Of a DNA stretch of 64,000 nt, positions 56,181-64,000 are shown one piece after another. Below the pieces are notes generated by a model. The model was not told the origin of the DNA. It made no database searches and was given only the letters and a program-made list of their open reading frames with translations. The position numbers and the translations under genes are program-made. How positions within the stretch are numbered: position 1 is the stretch's first letter; the number at the start of each line of letters is the position of its first letter. The DNA comes from the human T2T-CHM13v2.0 reference genome, Homo sapiens, in the NCBI RefSeq assembly GCF_009914755.1, contig NC_060945.1. One strand, written 5' to 3'.

Positions 56181-56889
56181 CAAATATAAAATTACTATTA
56201 CAATCACACACAGGCATTTCTTGCAATTATGTATAATGGCTATAGGTCAATTTGCAAAAGAAAAAACAATTTGCTTAATAGCTAATTTGTTAATGGTTCA
56301 TTCATCAAGTTTTCTAATACATGAATTAAAAATAATGTTCCTTGTGTTTATAGAGTTTATAAAGTTTTGTATGGACTGGGATATAACAGTTTTTAGGGCG
56401 CCTAAAAATACTTTTAAAATTTTATTTGGTTTTATTTATTTTCTAAAAGCATTTTTTAAACCACTGCTGCATCAAAACTAAGAATTACAGCATGGTTTGG
56501 TTTCCTAACAATATTTACTAAATTTAATTAATACATAACAAACATCACTTCAATATTTTGTAAGTGAACATTTCAGTTTGTAATTATTTTGTACAACTTT
56601 TAAATGTTATTTTCCTAAAGAATATTTTAAACTTAATATCTTATTTCTGGCAAAAATTAGGCCATATGGGGTACACTGTTTTTATCTTCTGTTTTATTAT
56701 TTTACCCAACTTTAACAATTTGGGGATTTTTAATAAATGCATCTTTAATTATTTTTTTCAAAATATCATTACAAATGTGCCCATCAGATTTGAGGTGATA
56801 ATTGTAGCAATTCTTATGGTAATCTATTGCAATTAACTGACAAAACATAAAAATTTACAAAGATTAGAATGGATCATAGGGAATCATTC

Positions 56890-56990
56890 CATATCTTGAC
56901 TATATCAATGTCAATATCTTTTTGTGAAATTATACTATAGCTATGAAACCTGTTATTATTGGGAAAAGTTGAAAGTATCTATAGAATCTT
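56890..56990 (+). mobile_element. L1MC-type 3' fragment (remainder at ~58240-58300)
   Basis: ATCTTGACTATATCAATGTCAATATC..TATACTATAG..GTTATTATTGGGAAAA; resumes ATGTGAATCTACAATTATTTCAAAAT after the L1MA. Confidence 0.65.
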
Positions 56991-56992
56991 CC

Positions 56993-58237
56993 TTTTTTGC
57001 TTTTTAATCTTTTTGTATAAATTTATGGGGCACAAGTGTGGTTTTATTACACGAATAAATTGCATAGTCATGAAGTCACAGCTTTCAGGATATCAATCAC
57101 CCAAATAACATACATTGTACCTATTTCATAATTTCTCATCACCAACCACCCCCCGCCTTCCCATCCTTCCAAATCTCCGTTGTCTATCATTCCACACTCT
57201 AAATCCACGTGTACCCAGGTTTTGGCTCCCACTTATAAGTGAGAACATGTGGATTTGTCTTTCTGTGTCAGAGTTTCACTCACAATAATGACCTCCAGTT
57301 TTATCCATGTTGCTGCAAAAGATATGATTCATTCTTTGTAATGAATGAATAGTATTCCATTATGTACATATACCATATTTTCTTTATCGAATCATCCATT
57401 AATGGACACTTAGATTGATTCCATATCTTTGCTATTGTGAATAGTACTGTGATAAACTTATGAGTACTGGTGTTCTTTTGATATATTAATTTTTTTTCTT
57501 TTAATAGATACCCAGCAGAGGGATTGCTGAATTGAATGGTAGTTCTATTTTTAGTTCATTGAGAAATCTTCATACTATAGAGATTCTAGTAATTGACGTT
57601 TTACCAACAATGTGTAAGCATTCCCTTTTTTTCTGCATCCTAGCCAACATCTATTTTTTTCTTTTTAGTAATAGCCATTCTAATGAATGTAAGATGACAT
57701 CTCATTGTGGCTTTAATTTGCATGCCTCTGATAATTAGTGATATGGAGCATTTTTCTTCATTTGCTTGTTGGCCATTTGTATGTCTTTTGAAAAATGTCT
57801 GCTCATGTCTTTTGCCCGCATTTTAATGAGATTATTTCTTTCCTCATTGTTGTTGGGTTGTTAAGTTCCATGTAGATTCTGAATATTAGCTCCCTGTTGA
57901 CTATATAGTTAGTAAATATTTTCTCGCTTTCTGCGGGTTGTCTGTTCACTCTGTTGATTATTTCCTTTGTTATGCAGGAGCTTTTTCAGTTTAAGTAAGT
58001 CCTATTTGTTTCATTTTTATTGCCTGTACTTTTGAGGACTTAGTCATAAATTCTTGTCTAGACTAATGTCTAGAAAATATTTCCCTAGGTTTTCTGCTGG
58101 TATATTTATAGTTTCAGGTGTTACATTTCAGTCTTTAACCCATTTTGAATTGATTTTGGTATATCGTGAGAGATACAGGTACAGTTTGACACTTCTGCAT
58201 ATGTCAATCCAATTTTCCCAGCACCACTTATTGAAAA
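56993..58237 (-). mobile_element. L1MA1/2-like 3' 1.2 kb
   Basis: AAATTTATGGGGCACAAGTG..GCTCCCACTTATAAGTGAGAACATG..CCAATTTTCCCAGCACCACTTATTGAA. Confidence 0.9.
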
Positions 58238-58349
58238 ACTTGTCCTGTATTTTTAAAAATTAATGTGAATCTACAATTATTTCAAAATATAATTTTTATA
58301 AAAATTCTGGAAAATTTGTGCTCATTGTCATCAGTTCCTCAAAAATCCT

Positions 58350-59330
<981 letters not shown>

Positions 59331-60569
59331 TTATTGAATTGCTTTCTTATTTCCATAAGTTTTAGGCTGTACCAACAAATATCAAAAACAATAGAAAATT
59401 ACATTAGAGGCAAACATTATACACACAATGGGATAAACTAGACATGAAGCTATATTTTTATTCAGAGCACAAGTACACAGACAAATATGAAGCAAAAACA
59501 GTGAGCCGACAAAAATGAGATCATCTTAGTGTAAAAAATAAGTGAGCAGCAAAATAAAGATGAAACTGAGAGTACTCTTAACAAAAAATTCTGTTATTAC
59601 AAATATTGACAGGCAGCAGATTATTTGACTAAAAGAATCAGTCACATATTTGACACAGTTAACAGAAATTTCCCTCTATTTCAATTCACCTTTCTTTTCT
59701 TTCTTTCATAAACTATGACTGTAGCAGCTTTTTAAAAAGTTTTAAAATACGATTCAAGTGAAACAGGCACAGGTGTCTTTTTTCATGTAAATCAGTTAAA
59801 AGCCAAGTGGCCAGAAAAAATATATAAAAATAACAATCTATCAAGTTTTGGGAAAAGTACATGCATCCTAAAAGAATAGTACTATGTTTTTTCATATAGC
59901 AGATTTATTCTGTTTCTCCTACAATTTTAAATGTTTTCACTGCCAAAGTTAGACGTAAATTTGCTAGATTAGCCCCATGGTCAGTAATAGTTTGTACTTT
60001 TTGTATTGTAGTCTGAAAATGTAACTCTAACCCCACAGGCCTGAAACCTGGTGGGAAAATGATCGATAAGTGTTTTAGATTGAACAGTCTTACTACGTAT
60101 GACTTATCTATTAAAATGAAGAACTTTCATGGTTTAATAGAATGACTGCTGTATTCAACTACAACAAGGTCTTCCATCCTTCTTATAAATCTTAAGAATG
60201 TGTTTAAGGTTTCTTTCACCTTTACTCTATCCCATGGAAGTTAATTGGGAATAAAAAGATTTATCAATTCAGTCACTATAATTTAAGACCAGGCATCTGC
60301 TTAGAAATACAATAACCACAATTCATACTTAGAGAAAATTGTTTCATTTAACCATTTTTTAAAAAATATATACAGAATCCAAACACTTCTTACCACTTTA
60401 ATGATTGCTTTCCTCATCTGAGCCACCAACATCTCTCACTGCCAGAGTTGTAATAACAATATTTAGTGAAATTGCAAATGAGAGTATGAAATGATTGTGA
60501 TCAAAATTCTGCAATGGTTTCTCATTTTTTCAACGTGTAAGCCTATTGGTCAAAATAATCTCATTTCTA

Positions 60570-60900
<331 letters not shown>

Positions 60901-60968
60901 TTATAAGATGTTTCAGCCCCTCTGAATCCATTGTTTTATCTAAAAAAAAAAATACTAGGTATACTTCC

Positions 60969-61261
60969 TGCCGGGTGTAGTGGCTCACACCGTAATCCCA
61001 GCATTCTGGGAGGCTGAGGAAAGTGGATCACGAGGTCAGGAGTTCGAGACGAGACTGGCCACGATGGTGAAACCCGTCTCTACCAAAAATATAAAAAAAT
61101 TAGCTGGGCATGGTGAGGCATGTCTGTATTCCCAGCTACTCAGGAGGGTGAGGCAGGAGAATCGCTTGAACCCAGCAGGTGGAGGTAGCAGTGAGCCGAG
61201 ACCACCACTACACTCCAGCCTGGGCGACAGAGGGAGACTCCATCTCAAAAAATAAATAAAT
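60969..61261 (+). mobile_element. Alu (AluSg-like)
   Basis: GATCACGAGGTCAGGAGTTCGAGAC; perfect 19-bp TSD AAATACTAGGTATACTTCC (60950-60968 / 61262-61280). Confidence 0.94.
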
Positions 61262-61849
61262 AAATACTAGGTATACTTCCACCCTATGGTTTAACCATTG
61301 GCTTATTCTTCTCTTGGAATGCTTTTTTACCCAGGTAAACCTTCAAAATTCATGTTTTTAATATGGCCAGCTCTGACAGTTCTATTTGATACTGAAAATT
61401 GTCTATTCCCAATACGTCCCATTAATGCTTCATTCCTGGCAATCCTAAATGCTCTTAGATTGTTTTCTATATTTTGTAGCACATCTTCTATTAACGTGTA
61501 ATTATGTTATAATGGTTTTTATTTTCTACTTTACATTGCCCCCTTTATATAAGCTGTATATAATTGAGAACTTTATTTTGTTCTTTAATATTCAATCACC
61601 TAGAAGGGCACCTAGAACATAATATGCCTCAGATATTTTTGAATACATCTATTGATTAAAGAATTAAAAATTTAACAAAATATATATTTAATTTATCAAT
61701 CAGTTATGCTTTCAATTAAAAATACACTAAGTGCTTATTGTATTCTAATAGTTCTTTTGATTCAACTAAACAAAAGAGAGAATAAAGAGATTAAAAAATG
61801 AAAGGGATTTGAGCCCTATGGATGGAGAGACGCTAAAGTAGATATTAGC

Positions 61850-63515
61850 ACCAATATTCAGAATTTGGAAAACAGGTGAGCTTTTCCTGAACTGGTGAAT
61901 AAAGAAAATCGATGCTTAACATGAATGCAATCATATTTATCTCCTAAGAACTCCAGACATGTACAGGAAGTAAAAGGTCCATGTAAAACTTTAAAACATG
62001 GGCTTATAAAAGGAGGTGGAAACGGGATGACAGGTTAACAATGCAATTGAAATCCCTGTTCCCACTCAGTATAACCAAGCATATCTACACAGACTTCGGA
62101 AGATAGAAATTCAAAATTATTGTAAGCAAACACATTCTCTTAAGACAAGAAATGGAAAGATTTCTCTCAGGTGAAGCCATTCAGCCAAAAAGATAAAACT
62201 AAATCTACTAATAGTTGTAGTTGCCTACTAATAGTTGAAAATGTCCAACCTAATTCACCTCCTCAGAGACTAATTGAAAAATTTTGTGTCTATGAAGCTT
62301 GCAGTATACTAGTGATACAAAAATATGATTAGTTATGCAGGCTTCACTATCCATTTGAATAAAAGTCAGAGTTTGAAAAACACTGAAAAACAAATTTAAA
62401 AAAATAAGAAAATATTCTTCTGTGAAATTTAGGGAGAAAATTTTATCCATGAAACCAAGATAAGAAGAAACATTCAGAGAATAAAAAGAGCTTATGGAAA
62501 TTAAAGTAAGAATGTAGTAAAATAATTCAATGTAAGGATTAGGTCAAGTTAAAGAAATCTATAAAACACAGGGAATTTGATACACATTATAAAACAATTA
62601 AGAATTCAATGATTTGATTCATTGATGTCCAACACTTTAATAATAAAAATTTAGATCTTCAACTCATATTGTGAAAATGAGAGTAGAAATACTATGAAAC
62701 TAATAATTCAGAAGAATATCTTGAAGACAAGCCAATACGTTGTGAAATTTCAGAATAAGGTAGACAAAGAGGGATTTCATATTTTTAGAGAGAATATAAA
62801 GGCAATGGAAGATTACTTGCAAAGGACTAGAAAGTAAAACAGCATGGAGCTTCCGAACAGAGAGACCAAATTTCAAGATCATAAAACAATGCATTCAAAA
62901 TTCTAAACAAATTTGCTTCTAAGGGGAAGACAAAAGGAAATTAAATTGATATCATTCTTGTGGTCTATCAAATAGAGAGCTATCTTCCAATAATGAGGGA
63001 TGGATTCATGAAAAGTATATAGAACACTAATAAATTAAGTAACAAAAGTATTTACTCCAGGAAATAACAAAAGTTGTATAGGAAAGGAAAATTACCATAA
63101 CCTAGCTCTAAAAAGTTTTCATGCTCATAAACATGTGCTCATAACAGTGGAAAACTTGAACATTGATTGTTTTAACTAAAGCAGTACTGGAGCTATATTG
63201 GAAAGTAGGTAGAAAGACATGCATGTGAAAGGGAGAATGAGGAATCTAACAAATGCAAGTGTGCCTTTTTACTTTAGGATGTAGAGAAAATATAAATTTA
63301 AAAATGAAGAAAACAAATTATAATCAGGCCATTTCCAAATACAAAGGTATATTGAGAAAAACGGGGGCAAATCTCAAGAGGTTTCAATTGGTTGCTCTTC
63401 GAACTTCAGGTCATGGCTCATTTCACTGCAATGGCCTAGGGGCTGGTTTTTATTGTAATCTTCCAAAAATAATTAGATTGTTTATATTATACAATGTAAG
63501 ACTTCAGTAAAAATA
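61850..63515 (+). mobile_element. HAL1-like element, degenerate
   Basis: TCCATGAAACCAAGA..CATTCAGAGAATAAAAAGAGCTTATGGAAATTAAA..AATGCATTCAAAATTCTAAA; 3' part with GGTTGCTCT and A-rich end. Confidence 0.55.
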
Positions 63516-64000
63516 ATGGTAAAAATAACTATCCTTATAATTTCACTCTATCTTTTGTTGGAAAGGAGAATGTTTATCGCCTTTTGTTTTAAGAACTATC
63601 ACTTTATAGGCTTCTTTCCTATTTCCTTTTCTAACTCTAGTGCTCAGTTTCTGCCATAGACACTTGAGGTTTAATGTAAGATTGTTACTGTCATTTTGTC
63701 AGTTGCTTCCTGAAAGGCATGGTGTTCTAATTTCACAGCTGTGCAACTTATAAAATACTGTGATGTAACCTTTAATTGCCATGTGAAGTAAAAAAAGAAA
63801 AAATGTTGGAATAAACATTGGATCCATAATAACATTTTTAATTATTTTTCTCCTGGTGACCAAGGTGCTTGACTAAGCCTTCTAAATCATTTTTGACAAC
63901 CACATGTATTATTTATATCATGACTCGGTATGATTCTTAGAAATGAACAGGTAAAAAGAAGGGGAATTGAACACAGGAAGAATTTAAGTTTTTTAAAGGA

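Overview
AT-rich primate (human-like) genomic DNA made almost entirely of interspersed repeats (L1, Alu, L2, MIR, HAL1, ERV1/ERVL/MaLR LTRs, DNA transposons). I found no supportable intact protein-coding exon; the ORF-track entries are L1/Alu/LTR fragments or AT-rich noise. The main structure is a 10.2-kb old L1PB-type element (35902-46065) that split a MIR and then collected nested insertions. The standout is a THE1D-type MaLR provirus (37475-39841, minus strand, 5-bp TSD intact). Its 5' LTR is almost entirely replaced by a ~230-bp piece that translates as the N-terminus of HPF1 (C4orf27) plus probable 5' UTR, joined to the primer-binding-site boundary through an AGAAAAT microhomology. This looks like capture of a cellular mRNA by template switching during LTR-element reverse transcription. 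Other non-canonical insertion scars include an L1-style polyadenylated copy of an ERV LTR 3' end, a templated 52-bp insertion at an L1PA 5' junction, an inverted L1PA6 missing ~2 kb, and a local fold-back inversion. All family and subfamily names and the HPF1 identification come from remembered consensus or protein sequences, not from a database search. Boundaries of old repeats are approximate.
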